Virus record (IMG/VR): IMGVR_UViG_3300013233_000093
Location: 124,001-188,000 of that record
DNA length: 64,000 nucleotides
Direction: 5' to 3' (one strand)
In this document: positions 36,791 to 45,411 of the stretch, one piece after another
Layout: the number at the start of each line of letters is the position of its first letter
How positions within the stretch are numbered: position 1 is the stretch's first letter
The notes under the pieces: generated by a model
The model's database searches: none
What the model was told of the DNA's origin: nothing
What the model saw: the letters and a program-made list of their open reading frames with translations, nothing else
Made by a program: the position numbers and the translations under genes

Positions 36791-37600
36791 ATGTACATTC
36801 AAACCATGTTTACAGAGTACAAGATCACCAAGAAATTCGCTGCGGAAGCTGCTGCCATTATTGGCCGTGACCCAGTGTGGTTATTAAACGTGCTGAAGCG
36901 CAAAACCGACCTGCCAAAGAACGTGCTGACAACCACGATTGACGAGCTAGGCACTATCGCGGGACTGGGCAATTTTTCACGGGCATTTATCACCAATGAA
37001 CAGGCGGCGACCGCAACGCATCAGTTGCTGGCATGGCTACGCTTTAACGGCATTTCTATCACCCAGCTGTCAGTTGCATTGGAGTGCTCGCGAAACGCGC
37101 TTTATAAGGCTTTTCAAGACTCCAAGTTATCTGTGTCAATGCTCGGTAAGCTAGAGGAGTTTCTGACAAACATCCCCAAGTTACAATGCAGTACACAGGG
37201 GTTTCGTTTGTTACGTTCGATGAAAAACACCACGCCGCAAGGACGTGCACACACCTCTGCATCAAGGCGGTTAAACCGCACAACCTTGTCGGATTACTTC
37301 GACGATGTAATTCCATGGTGTGAGGTCCGGCATGCCGCAGGCAAGGCAGATACATCCATGCACCAGTATCGCAGCGGTGCCGTAGCGCTGGTAGGCAAGT
37401 CCGCCGCAAGGGCACGTGCAATGGTGGAACAGTTAAACCCCGATTGCCTAGAAGAGTTTGACCGACTGCTTGTAATCCGCGATCGTGGTCATACATCGAG
37501 ACGCGTATCAGAAATGTCTGTATTAACCCGGGAGCTCTCCACGTTAGACGACGAGGAATTTGAGCGCGTGTTAGCCAAGTGTCTTGCGTCTTTTAGCTAG
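36791..37600 (+). CDS. Multi-HTH DNA-binding-like protein
   Basis: WLRFNGISITQLSVALECSRNALYK plus further degenerate HTH units. Confidence 0.7.
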   Translation: MYIQTMFTEYKITKKFAAEAAAIIGRDPVWLLNVLKRKTDLPKNVLTTTIDELGTIAGLGNFSRAFITNEQAATATHQLLAWLRFNGISITQLSVALECSRNALYKAFQDSKLSVSMLGKLEEFLTNIPKLQCSTQGFRLLRSMKNTTPQGRAHTSASRRLNRTTLSDYFDDVIPWCEVRHAAGKADTSMHQYRSGAVALVGKSAARARAMVEQLNPDCLEEFDRLLVIRDRGHTSRRVSEMSVLTRELSTLDDEEFERVLAKCLASFS

Positions 37601-37658
37601 GCCATAACTTACAGCGACGGTTCATGTGAACCGTCGTAATTACCAAAGGATCGTTTTT

Positions 37659-38441
37659 ATGTATTTACAACTGAAGTACGTTACACAGACACTGCCTGAT
37701 TATAAGGCCATTGCACGCACCACGGGTCGTGATGCATTTTGGTGCAAGGGGGTTATGAATGGCCTCTCCATACCAGTGGGTATCGCCAGAGAGTTCGTAC
37801 GTGAGCTGGCTACCTGTGATCCGATATACAAGAAAGCATATCTCTCTATAGGAGAGCGTATGACGTTAGGCGAGGAAGTCCGTGCCTGGATGAAAGCCTA
37901 TGGAGTCACACGCAAGGAGTTTGGTCGTCTGTGTGGGCATAGCGGTCCATGGGTGGGTAAGGTACTCATGGGTGAGTACATCGACCCTCTGGCATCACAG
38001 GCGGCAGTAAGGCTTATCAACAAACTTAACCCACAGAACAAGTCTTTAATGCAAAGACTTATCTCCGCTTCTAGCAAGAAGCGGAGCAACAAACATATGT
38101 ATCCCTTCCGGGACAGCTGGTGTTTGTTTATTGAGAAAGTTATGCATGAGGAGGGTTTGTCGTGCGCTGATGTAGAACGTATCTGTGATAAAGCTACGGG
38201 TTGGCTGCATCCCCGATTGTCTGGGAGAGAAGTGGGGTCTGCTATCATGATGCGTGATTTAGAAGACATTATTCCAGAACGTCACATGCGTCCATACCGG
38301 ACACATTGCGTTAATCGACTCAAGCGGTTCTCACCGGAACGACTTGAGACATGGAGCGAAAGCTCGTCCTTATTATTCAATCTGGATGATGATAAAATGA
38401 AAGACGTATTGAAACAACTGCGATTTGACTTAAGGAGTTAA
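37659..38441 (+). CDS. Multi-HTH (XRE-like) protein, likely paralogue of the upstream gene
   Basis: Start set at the ATG after AAGGA; WMKAYGVTRKEFGRLCGHSGPWVGKV and MHEEGLSCADVERICDKATGWL. Confidence 0.7.
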   Translation: MYLQLKYVTQTLPDYKAIARTTGRDAFWCKGVMNGLSIPVGIAREFVRELATCDPIYKKAYLSIGERMTLGEEVRAWMKAYGVTRKEFGRLCGHSGPWVGKVLMGEYIDPLASQAAVRLINKLNPQNKSLMQRLISASSKKRSNKHMYPFRDSWCLFIEKVMHEEGLSCADVERICDKATGWLHPRLSGREVGSAIMMRDLEDIIPERHMRPYRTHCVNRLKRFSPERLETWSESSSLLFNLDDDKMKDVLKQLRFDLRS

Positions 38442-38445
38442 AAAC

Positions 38446-38715
38446 ATGCGACCAGAAACAACTTTCGGAATCAACCTCCGAGCTTGGAGAAAGAAACACG
38501 GCATTACCCCACGTACAGTGGCGTTTAAAACCGACATCAGTCTAGGGCATTACCGTCACATTGAGCAATCAAAACGACGCTTTAGTGAAGACTGGGCTAA
38601 CGCGTTAATGGTATACATGACGGGCGTCGATGCGTCAGTGAGCACCAAGTACTTCGGTGGCACCCTAGAAGGGGCTGTAACGTACGAACGCACTGCACGA
38701 GGAGGAAACCCATGA
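38446..38715 (+). CDS. XRE-family HTH protein
   Basis: FGINLRAWRKKHGIT...ISLGHYRHIEQSKRR. Confidence 0.85.
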   Translation: MRPETTFGINLRAWRKKHGITPRTVAFKTDISLGHYRHIEQSKRRFSEDWANALMVYMTGVDASVSTKYFGGTLEGAVTYERTARGGNP

Positions 38716-39188
38716 AGTCATTTAGCAATCAGCTCCGTGGCCTCTTTGGCGGGAACACAGAGACACGCGACGAGTTAGACGATCTCATTGATCTGCTGGA
38801 ACCGTTGAACGTGTTGCCGGGCGATGTCACCGACCTGCATTTAATGCAGCCGATGGTGCAGCAGATTGTCCGCGATCGAATCCGTCCCATTTCCATGGCG
38901 CGCTGTGATAGTTCAGAGGTGTGTAATATCACCGCTGGCGTCATGCATGTGGTGGACAACCATCGTAATAAACAAGACATGGCTGTGTCTACTGTAGAGA
39001 TGATACTGGGCATGACCATCTCCATGCAAGAGGATTTAATCGCCTCTTTCTTAGAGCGGTCAAATCCTCGCATTCACACATATGTACGTGCCACTGCGTA
39101 CGACGCGAAGCATTTAGTCAACGTGCCATTACACGCGCTGACCGAAGATAACAACTACGTGAAAGAGTTCATCTCTAATCGCAGTTAA
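38712..39188 (+). CDS. Hypothetical protein
   Basis: 158 aa; GAGGAGG RBS; ATGA overlap. Confidence 0.8.
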   Translation: MKSFSNQLRGLFGGNTETRDELDDLIDLLEPLNVLPGDVTDLHLMQPMVQQIVRDRIRPISMARCDSSEVCNITAGVMHVVDNHRNKQDMAVSTVEMILGMTISMQEDLIASFLERSNPRIHTYVRATAYDAKHLVNVPLHALTEDNNYVKEFISNRS

Positions 39189-39198
39189 CCACTAACTA

Positions 39199-39246
39199 CA
39201 CCATGCCTAATTTAGGCATGGTGCTCTATACCACTTTTTATTTTTA
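39199..39246 (+). terminator. Hairpin terminator
   Basis: caccatgcctaa-t-ttaggcatggtg followed by T-rich sequence. Confidence 0.75.
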
Positions 39247-39259
39247 TAGGATTTTTAGC

Positions 39260-39913
39260 ATGTGGAACAATCTTAAATACCACCTTGGGTTTGCGAGCGA
39301 GGCTTATCTCAGGGATAGACTATCTGCGATACACGCCGAAGTTAAGGAATACTACGACCCTGTGGACGCGTTAGAATACATCTATCCGTATATGAAGAAG
39401 GGCCGTACCACGGTATCTGATGTCAAGGCAGTCGAAGAACGGCAGTGTATATGGAAGCTCAAAGTCTCAGTTATAATGGAGATTGTAGCAGACGTCGCGT
39501 GCATGCGTCATGAGTGGCGCGATACGCTAAACACTGCGTTACAGGAAGAACACCTCTTTGTAGCGGATAAGTTATACGACCATGACCGTGCGTTTATATT
39601 GTCAGACCTACATATACTGGAGGAAATCAAGTCGGTTGTAAAACACGTACGGCTTTTAGAACACAACTCGCCCAAAGCCTTCACGCCATCGCCGACCAAA
39701 AAGACGGCGTCTAAAAAGAATAACGCGGAACTACGTGGGTTTATTGCAGGGACGCTAACGGATAGGCAGCTTAATATGCCATGCCTCGCTTCCGGTGCGA
39801 TAAAAAACCTTGCGGGGTTGTTACACCATGAGACGGAGTTTAACAATGCCTGTAACTCATTAAAGCATTACAACGAAGTTTACATCGAGGCGAAGGTGTA
39901 TTTCATGCGATGA
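39260..39913 (+). CDS. Hypothetical helical protein
   Basis: Start set at ATG 39260 (AGGA RBS, downstream of the terminator). Confidence 0.75.
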   Translation: MWNNLKYHLGFASEAYLRDRLSAIHAEVKEYYDPVDALEYIYPYMKKGRTTVSDVKAVEERQCIWKLKVSVIMEIVADVACMRHEWRDTLNTALQEEHLFVADKLYDHDRAFILSDLHILEEIKSVVKHVRLLEHNSPKAFTPSPTKKTASKKNNAELRGFIAGTLTDRQLNMPCLASGAIKNLAGLLHHETEFNNACNSLKHYNEVYIEAKVYFMR

Positions 39914-39942
39914 GGCTGTACTCAGTTTCTGTGTTTACCAAA

Positions 39943-40015
39943 TATTCAAAACTATATCACTATTATGATGGACAACGTGTTGTTGTCTTTACTTTAACCA
40001 AAGAGAAATAGAACT
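39943..40015 (+). promoter_or_regulatory. Early promoter cassette copy 7
   Basis: Nearly identical to 768-840 from promoter through hairpin and RBS to the ATG. Confidence 0.9.
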
Positions 40016-40663
40016 ATGAACATCGCACAAATCGACAGCAGCGCAGAGCATCCACATCACAGCATTCCGGTGCTAACAACACTGCACTACGTGCTGTCTA
40101 AAATGAAAGACGGTGAAACAATGACCGCTAAGAAGCTGCATTTAGTAACCGGTATTACAGTTACTGGATGGGGTGCGCTAGCGAATGATGTAGAAAAGGT
40201 GACACAGGAAGAGATCTACAATGTGGCACGTAATTGGCGGCAAGCAACCGACCTGGATGCGGGACGGTGCGTTACAGCAGTGCCCGTAGGTCAGAACCAG
40301 TTATACCTGCAGGTGGATACAAAATCCACCAGCGGCGGGAGCGTCGTGCACTTCGGCCACGAAAGCTGTGATGACATGGGCGAGTTCCTTGGCATCATGA
40401 CAAACGAGGACGTGTTAGTGGTAATGTATGAAAACGGCATTACAGTACTACGTATGTTGCAAGGCGGGTTCCGTAAAGTTTGCGCCGCTATCTCTAAAGA
40501 CACTCACCGTATGGAGATGCTCTATAACATGATCGTCACCGACGGCGGCGTTGTGATTTACTATTACGCTTCTGGTGAGCGTATGTTGATACTTATCCCA
40601 AATGAGGATATTGCCGCCACGGGCGTCGTGCACGAGATGCCCGACACTGCCGTGATGCATTAA
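40016..40663 (+). CDS. Hypothetical early protein
   Basis: 215 aa between a promoter cassette and a terminator. Confidence 0.8.
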   Translation: MNIAQIDSSAEHPHHSIPVLTTLHYVLSKMKDGETMTAKKLHLVTGITVTGWGALANDVEKVTQEEIYNVARNWRQATDLDAGRCVTAVPVGQNQLYLQVDTKSTSGGSVVHFGHESCDDMGEFLGIMTNEDVLVVMYENGITVLRMLQGGFRKVCAAISKDTHRMEMLYNMIVTDGGVVIYYYASGERMLILIPNEDIAATGVVHEMPDTAVMH

Positions 40664-40672
40664 CAGTTGAAC

Positions 40673-40710
40673 AGGGAGTCCTCGATGGAGGACGCCTTTT
40701 TCTTTTTTAT
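40673..40710 (+). terminator. Canonical intrinsic terminator
   Basis: gtcctc-gatg-gaggac followed by T-rich sequence. Confidence 0.7.
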
Positions 40711-40755
40711 TATATCGAACAGTATTACTTGACTATAACTACGAGAGCTTATAAC

Positions 40756-41280
40756 ATGCAAAACGAAAAACAGATCCGTGCTACGTTACGCGGTATTATC
40801 AGAGACCACTTAAAATCCGTAAAGCATCTTAAGTGTGACCCCATGTACTTTACATCAGATATACTGATCTCAAAACTTGGACTGGATCTACTGGTCAATG
40901 GCCGCAGTCACGATCTGCAAATGAAGATGAACGCATTGGACACTAAGTCGTTGCAGTCACTGGCGACGCAGTTACATTGGTGTGTTACTAATTACAACAT
41001 GAAGCTTAAACTCATTGCCATTACGAGATCCATGGTAATGTGCAGCACTAAGTTTAGTAGCGATGCTGTCATCGACTTTGATGCGGAACGACAAGCGTTG
41101 TATTTAAACGCTACGGGCGTATTGTTAAAGATGCCGTTATTGTTACTGCGCACCGACTTCCACGTAGCAAAACGTTGTATCTCCGGCGCATGTCACCAAA
41201 TCATCTTTGGTAAAGAGTTTACACCGTGCACAGAGGAAGACTTCAACACGCCGTGGGCACGTGAGTGGAGTGTCCAATGA
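40756..41280 (+). CDS. Hypothetical protein
   Basis: Start set at ATG 40756. Confidence 0.7.
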   Translation: MQNEKQIRATLRGIIRDHLKSVKHLKCDPMYFTSDILISKLGLDLLVNGRSHDLQMKMNALDTKSLQSLATQLHWCVTNYNMKLKLIAITRSMVMCSTKFSSDAVIDFDAERQALYLNATGVLLKMPLLLLRTDFHVAKRCISGACHQIIFGKEFTPCTEEDFNTPWAREWSVQ

Positions 41281-41399
41281 ACCTTCGAACGCTGTTGTTA
41301 CTGACGTGTCTTGGCACTGCGTGGCTGTACGGATCCAATCACAACTGGTTTACTGACGGTGAGATTAAGCCCATGAGTTCGTTGTTCTACGGAGAATAG
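41277..41399 (+). CDS. Small secreted/membrane peptide (40 aa, not in ORF track)
   Basis: ATGA overlap and GGAG RBS; MNLRTLLLLTCLGTAWLYG. Confidence 0.55.
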   Translation: MNLRTLLLLTCLGTAWLYGSNHNWFTDGEIKPMSSLFYGE

Positions 41400-41401
41400 C
41401 C

Positions 41402-41818
41402 ATGCACAGCAAAGACGGGGTAGAAATGGCCATTAACGTTATAATGAGAATAATGTTAGTTGGTGTTGGATGGGTTATTCACGCAGCACACATGTCGGAC
41501 GCACAAGCGCTGACGTTCACTGTTTGCGCGGTGTTGGTTACGTCCATGCCGGACATACTCGCATACACATTTACCGTGATGCCCGAACTGCGTAAGCGCA
41601 GGCGCAGTGAGCGGTTGAAGGGGATGTTCACTATGGCCACGTTGATGCACAACGCAGGTAAGCGCAGTAAGTGCCTCGGCTATCAGTTTGCAAAAGACGC
41701 GGGGTTTCAAAGACCCTCGTTCACACACAGTTTTAGAGATTTTGACGACGATGAACTGAAAGAACAGCACGCGCTTCTTAAAGACGTCGTTAACAAATTG
41801 GGGATTACGGTAAAATGA
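41402..41818 (+). CDS. Membrane protein (2 TM)
   Basis: Two N-terminal hydrophobic helices; GGAG RBS. Confidence 0.75.
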   Translation: MHSKDGVEMAINVIMRIMLVGVGWVIHAAHMSDAQALTFTVCAVLVTSMPDILAYTFTVMPELRKRRRSERLKGMFTMATLMHNAGKRSKCLGYQFAKDAGFQRPSFTHSFRDFDDDELKEQHALLKDVVNKLGITVK

Positions 41819-42003
41819 ACGACTATATTAACAACGAGTTTGCTAATGCTACTTCGTGGACTAAGCTAAAACTATTATACAAACTTATCAGTACAATGCC
41901 TGCGTTAAAGTGGACGCTGGTGGTTTTTGTGGTACCCAGTCTGCTGGGCACCATCATGGGCGTTGCAGGGTTAATCGGCGTCATAGGGAGTATACTACCA
42001 TGA
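41815..42003 (+). CDS. Small membrane protein
   Basis: ATGA overlaps at both ends; hydrophobic C-terminal half. Confidence 0.7.
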   Translation: MNDYINNEFANATSWTKLKLLYKLISTMPALKWTLVVFVVPSLLGTIMGVAGLIGVIGSILP

Positions 42004-42281
42004 TCGACTTTATATTAGCGGCGGTAATTGGAGCGGCCACCGTGTATGCATGTCCCATAATGCTTCACGTCAGCATGGTGCCCGTCGTGATATACCGTAC
42101 ATTGAGATTGTTAGTAACACCATTATCAGTGGCCTTTGTGGCCTTTGTCGCATTTAGTAATTACCAAGGACTATACAAGATGACAAGATACGAAACCAGC
42201 GTCTTAGCCATAGCGACGATCGCGTTCGCTGTAATCAACATTGTTATTTGGCTTGTTGTAAAATCCAAGAAGGATGAGTAA
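42000..42281 (+). CDS. Small 3-TM membrane protein
   Basis: Start set at ATG 42000 (ATGA overlap, GGAG RBS). Confidence 0.7.
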   Translation: MIDFILAAVIGAATVYACPIMLHVSMVPVVIYRTLRLLVTPLSVAFVAFVAFSNYQGLYKMTRYETSVLAIATIAFAVINIVIWLVVKSKKDE

Positions 42282-42283
42282 CT

Positions 42284-42916
42284 ATGTTTATCGTAGTAGA
42301 AGGATCTGACGGCTCCGGTAAATCCACCGTATGCCAATACATTGTGAAGTACCTTACCGCGAATAAGATACCTTGCATATCGGTATCCGACTTAGACGGT
42401 AATCGATACGGTGCTATGTTTAGAGATATGCTGGAAAATCCGAGGGTACCGCCACCCTCGCTGATTACCAAGACATTGTTGTTACTAACGTCCCGCTCTG
42501 AAAACGTTAATAACACTATCTTACCCGCGTTAGACGACGGCAAGGTCGTTGTATCAGATCGTTATATAGACAGCACTGTTGTGTATCAAGGAGCAGAAGG
42601 GCTGGATGTGGGCACCTTACGCACACTAAACTCGTTTGCAACCGATAACCTGGTGCCGGATTTGACCATCCTATTACAAGTGGAACCTGATATAGCCAAG
42701 GCTAGAATACTATCGAGCGGGGCACCCGATGAGATGGAAGCCAGTATGATGAGTCGGATATCTGAACTCAACGATCGGTATGTTAACGAGATACGACACA
42801 CTACGGTATTGATTGACGCTAATCAACCCGTGACACAGGTGCTGGAAACGATACGGGAAGTGTTGGTGTCTGCGCTAGCTGACCATGTACTGGGCGACGT
42901 GATGGATTCGCAATAA
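42284..42916 (+). CDS. tmk: Thymidylate kinase
   Basis: FIVVEGSDGSGKST P-loop, SDRYIDSTVVYQG, PDLTILL. Confidence 0.95.
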   Translation: MFIVVEGSDGSGKSTVCQYIVKYLTANKIPCISVSDLDGNRYGAMFRDMLENPRVPPPSLITKTLLLLTSRSENVNNTILPALDDGKVVVSDRYIDSTVVYQGAEGLDVGTLRTLNSFATDNLVPDLTILLQVEPDIAKARILSSGAPDEMEASMMSRISELNDRYVNEIRHTTVLIDANQPVTQVLETIREVLVSALADHVLGDVMDSQ

Positions 42917-42918
42917 CT

Positions 42919-42955
42919 ATAATGACTGCTGCTTGTGTGGCGGTCATTATGCTGT
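42919..42955 (+). terminator. Hairpin + TATGCTGT, no U-tract
   Basis: ataatgactgctgc-ttgt-gtggcggtcattat with TATGCTGT at 42948-42955. Confidence 0.7.
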
Positions 42956-42965
42956 TCTCCAGATT

Positions 42966-43008
42966 TATTCAAAACTATATCACTATTATGATACTTAGGT
43001 AATGTATT
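42966..43008 (+). promoter_or_regulatory. Early promoter copy 8
   Basis: TATTCAAAACTATATCACTATTATGA tacttaggtaat. Confidence 0.9.
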
Positions 43009-43009
43009 G

Positions 43010-43117
43010 ATGGTGTATTTAGTTGTAACGGCGTTTGTGTTGTGGGTACTTGCACTCGCAGTAGGCGTGGTATTCGAGGCGTTTATGTGGGCGTACGATA
43101 AGTTAACAAATCGTTAA
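43010..43117 (+). CDS. Small TM peptide (35 aa, not in ORF track)
   Basis: MVYLVVTAFVLWVLALAVGVVFEAFMWAYDKLTNR; first ORF after the promoter. Confidence 0.55.
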   Translation: MVYLVVTAFVLWVLALAVGVVFEAFMWAYDKLTNR

Positions 43118-43167
43118 CGTGTAATCAACCAGCGACAATCATGTCGCTAAACAGAAGGTATGAAAAA

Positions 43168-43263
43168 ATGAACGAAGTGGTTTTTGGCGTGGTAATAATT
43201 GTGATGGCTTTGTCCATCATATCACTGGCCGGTATTGCTTATAAGGCGAGTGATGATGTTTAA
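43168..43263 (+). CDS. Small TM peptide (31 aa, not in ORF track)
   Basis: MNEVVFGVVIIVMALSIISLAGIAYKASDDV; GAAGG RBS. Confidence 0.55.
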   Translation: MNEVVFGVVIIVMALSIISLAGIAYKASDDV

Positions 43264-43924
43264 TCCAAGATGTGAGTTTGGGCGGGCGTGCGCCACAGTA
43301 GTGCTGGAAGAAGGTATTTCCTTCATCGTGTTAACGGCCAAGCTTGAGATGGCCAACGATGTACGTTATACGTACGGGGGCAATCACACACAGTTGCCCA
43401 CCAACATGGCGGGTAGGATCATTAGATCTGATTTGTCAGACCGCAGTAAGCGCGTCCTGTATCTGGCATACATGTTAGAATGTCCAGCACCCATCCTTCA
43501 TCTAGCAGGGCTGTCTGTGGAAGGCAGGAGACGTTTGGCTTCTGTGTATGCACCGGTGTCCTACACGCACCGTGTACCGTCCGCACGGAAATTGATTGCT
43601 GGTAGAAACATAAGTCTGCCTAGCAAGGCGCCGTTTAACACATTCCACAATGCCATTACCGAGCACCGTGTTAAAATGGGCGTGACCGTCACCCATTTAG
43701 CGGAACGCGTTGGCTATAGTCGTCGTCACTTTGATAAGCTGATGCATTTATCCCACGGCTTTAAACTCGATATCTGCAGTGTGCTTGCCGATCTCATGCA
43801 TCTTGACGTAGATCAAGATCATGATCTGGTGCACTGTTACTTCGAGTCTACTGATGTGCCGGTGGTTACGTTGCCGGTGTTCGAAGAAGTGGTGGACCTA
43901 TTACTAGAGGAGCATGCTAAATGA
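43253..43924 (+). CDS. Tandem XRE-HTH protein
   Basis: HRVKMGVTVTHLAERVGYSRRHF; paralogue of the next gene (LYLAYMLECPAPILHLAGL). Confidence 0.75.
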   Translation: MMFNPRCEFGRACATVVLEEGISFIVLTAKLEMANDVRYTYGGNHTQLPTNMAGRIIRSDLSDRSKRVLYLAYMLECPAPILHLAGLSVEGRRRLASVYAPVSYTHRVPSARKLIAGRNISLPSKAPFNTFHNAITEHRVKMGVTVTHLAERVGYSRRHFDKLMHLSHGFKLDICSVLADLMHLDVDQDHDLVHCYFESTDVPVVTLPVFEEVVDLLLEEHAK

Positions 43925-44487
43925 ACGTCAATTATGTAATGTCATTGTTCATATCGGACATCATAAAGCCGTGTGCGGGTAAAGCTGTTTTACGCTGTGA
44001 CGAGGTAGACAAGCCCAGTACCGTGCGCATGTACGAGGCTTACCTTTTGCAGTGCAAAAGTCCAATGATTGACATTGGTCATTTGAACAGCGAGCAGAAG
44101 AAGTTACTTGCGGACGTATACAGTTCATGTAACATGCATCATGCGCTTGGTAAATACCCCTTGGCATTAGGGGACACGCATTATGCGAGATCAAAAACAC
44201 CGTTTGGTGAGATGGTCAATCGTATCCGCATTAGCAATAACGTGGATATACATGAGTTTGTAAAGGGACTTAGCATCAGTCGGTCTCACTTCCGCGGGGT
44301 TTGTCAAGGCACATACACACCTCGCGTCGATTATGCCACGCGCATTGCCACCATGATGCGCCTGGGTGATGACGAGTACAAGGCCCTAGTGCGGACGTAT
44401 TTTGATTCATACGATCGATTAGCAGTACGCCCTAACACTGGCTTTGCTGCTTACGCCGCCGAGTTGATCGTGAACGCATACGACTAA
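43921..44487 (+). CDS. XRE-HTH protein, paralogue of the upstream gene
   Basis: TPFGEMVNRIRISNNVDIHEFVKGLSISRSHF; MYEAYLLQCKSPMIDIGHL. Confidence 0.75.
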   Translation: MNVNYVMSLFISDIIKPCAGKAVLRCDEVDKPSTVRMYEAYLLQCKSPMIDIGHLNSEQKKLLADVYSSCNMHHALGKYPLALGDTHYARSKTPFGEMVNRIRISNNVDIHEFVKGLSISRSHFRGVCQGTYTPRVDYATRIATMMRLGDDEYKALVRTYFDSYDRLAVRPNTGFAAYAAELIVNAYD

Positions 44488-44493
44488 CCACTT

Positions 44494-44550
44494 ACAGCAT
44501 ATACTGCATGGCTATGTGCCATGCAGTATATGTATCTTTTTTTATTTTTT
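44494..44550. terminator. Bidirectional terminator
   Basis: catatactgcatggc-tatgt-gccatgcagtatatg; T-tract on +, TATGCTGT on -. Confidence 0.85.
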
Positions 44551-44787
44551 ATTGTAAAGCCATTTATACAACACCGCTTTGAAGTCACTGTCTAATAGTA
44601 ACGAATCGTGATGCTTGCCCTTTAATGGCGCAGACAGTCCGTTATAATCAAGACCGCGCAGCCATCGTTCTCGTATCGTAGCTATGCTCAACACGCCATA
44701 CGATTCCAGGTGTATCTGGTTAGGCGTGGTGTATTTACCATCATTGTCTTTTATCTTGCTGTGTATGCTAAACGAAGTGCGTCTCAT
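44542..44787 (-). CDS. Small protein, possible DNA-binding module
   Basis: 81 aa; AGGA RBS; SIATIRERWLRG..L.AP resembles DNA-binding tails of HNH endonucleases. Confidence 0.5.
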   Translation of the reverse strand: MRRTSFSIHSKIKDNDGKYTTPNQIHLESYGVLSIATIRERWLRGLDYNGLSAPLKGKHHDSLLLDSDFKAVLYKWLYNKK

Positions 44788-44830
44788 AATAAGTCCTATT
44801 GTAAGTCACACAATAACATTCTCAATGATT

Positions 44831-44870
44831 AATCAAGACTATATTACTACTATGATAACACTTTTGTTAT
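44831..44870 (+). promoter_or_regulatory. Early promoter variant
   Basis: aatcaagacTATATTACtactatga followed by hairpin ataaca-cttt-tgttat. Confidence 0.75.
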
Positions 44871-44896
44871 TGTTACGGATAAAGGTTTGAAGTAAT

Positions 44897-45322
44897 ATGC
44901 TGAACTCAGACGACATTACCGCCTTGATGTTAGAGGTCATTACACATCTTGGTATTCGCCAGGATGAATTGTGGGTTGGTGCGGGGAGCGCCATGTGTCT
45001 AGCAGACTCAAGTCTGCGAAAGGAAACTGCAGACGTGGACACGGGTTGTTTGCCTGAACTGTACGATCGTATCGCCAAGTCTTCCCTGGTGACCGATAGT
45101 CACATTGACAAGCGGTATAGCGAGTATCCCATCGTAACGTTACTGGATTACGTCGACGTGCATCGCGAGGAAGAAAAGCCTGACGACTTGGTATCTACTG
45201 GGAGCGTTACATACGCTTCTATGGAAAGCGTGCTGGAGTTTAAACGCGGGTTAAACCGTTCAAAAGACCAGCGCGACATTCGCGCGTTGGAAGTCTACAT
45301 TGCATTGAAAGGAAGGATTTAA
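44897..45322 (+). CDS. Minimal nucleotidyltransferase (pol-beta superfamily)
   Basis: VGAGSAM...LR.ETADVD and C-terminal LEFK...NRSKDQRDI. Confidence 0.75.
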   Translation: MLNSDDITALMLEVITHLGIRQDELWVGAGSAMCLADSSLRKETADVDTGCLPELYDRIAKSSLVTDSHIDKRYSEYPIVTLLDYVDVHREEEKPDDLVSTGSVTYASMESVLEFKRGLNRSKDQRDIRALEVYIALKGRI

Positions 45323-45411
45323 AGGACCGGCGCCGATTAATCCTTAGTATCGCGGCGATATTATACAGTGATGCAACCGTATCACTGTAACAACCAAAGA
45401 GAGTAACTATT

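Noticed and set aside
762-43008. Repeated ~26-70 nt motif as a CRISPR or other repeat-spacer array
   Set aside because: Copies are dispersed kilobases apart, each directly upstream of a gene; there is no regular spacer length and no cas genes
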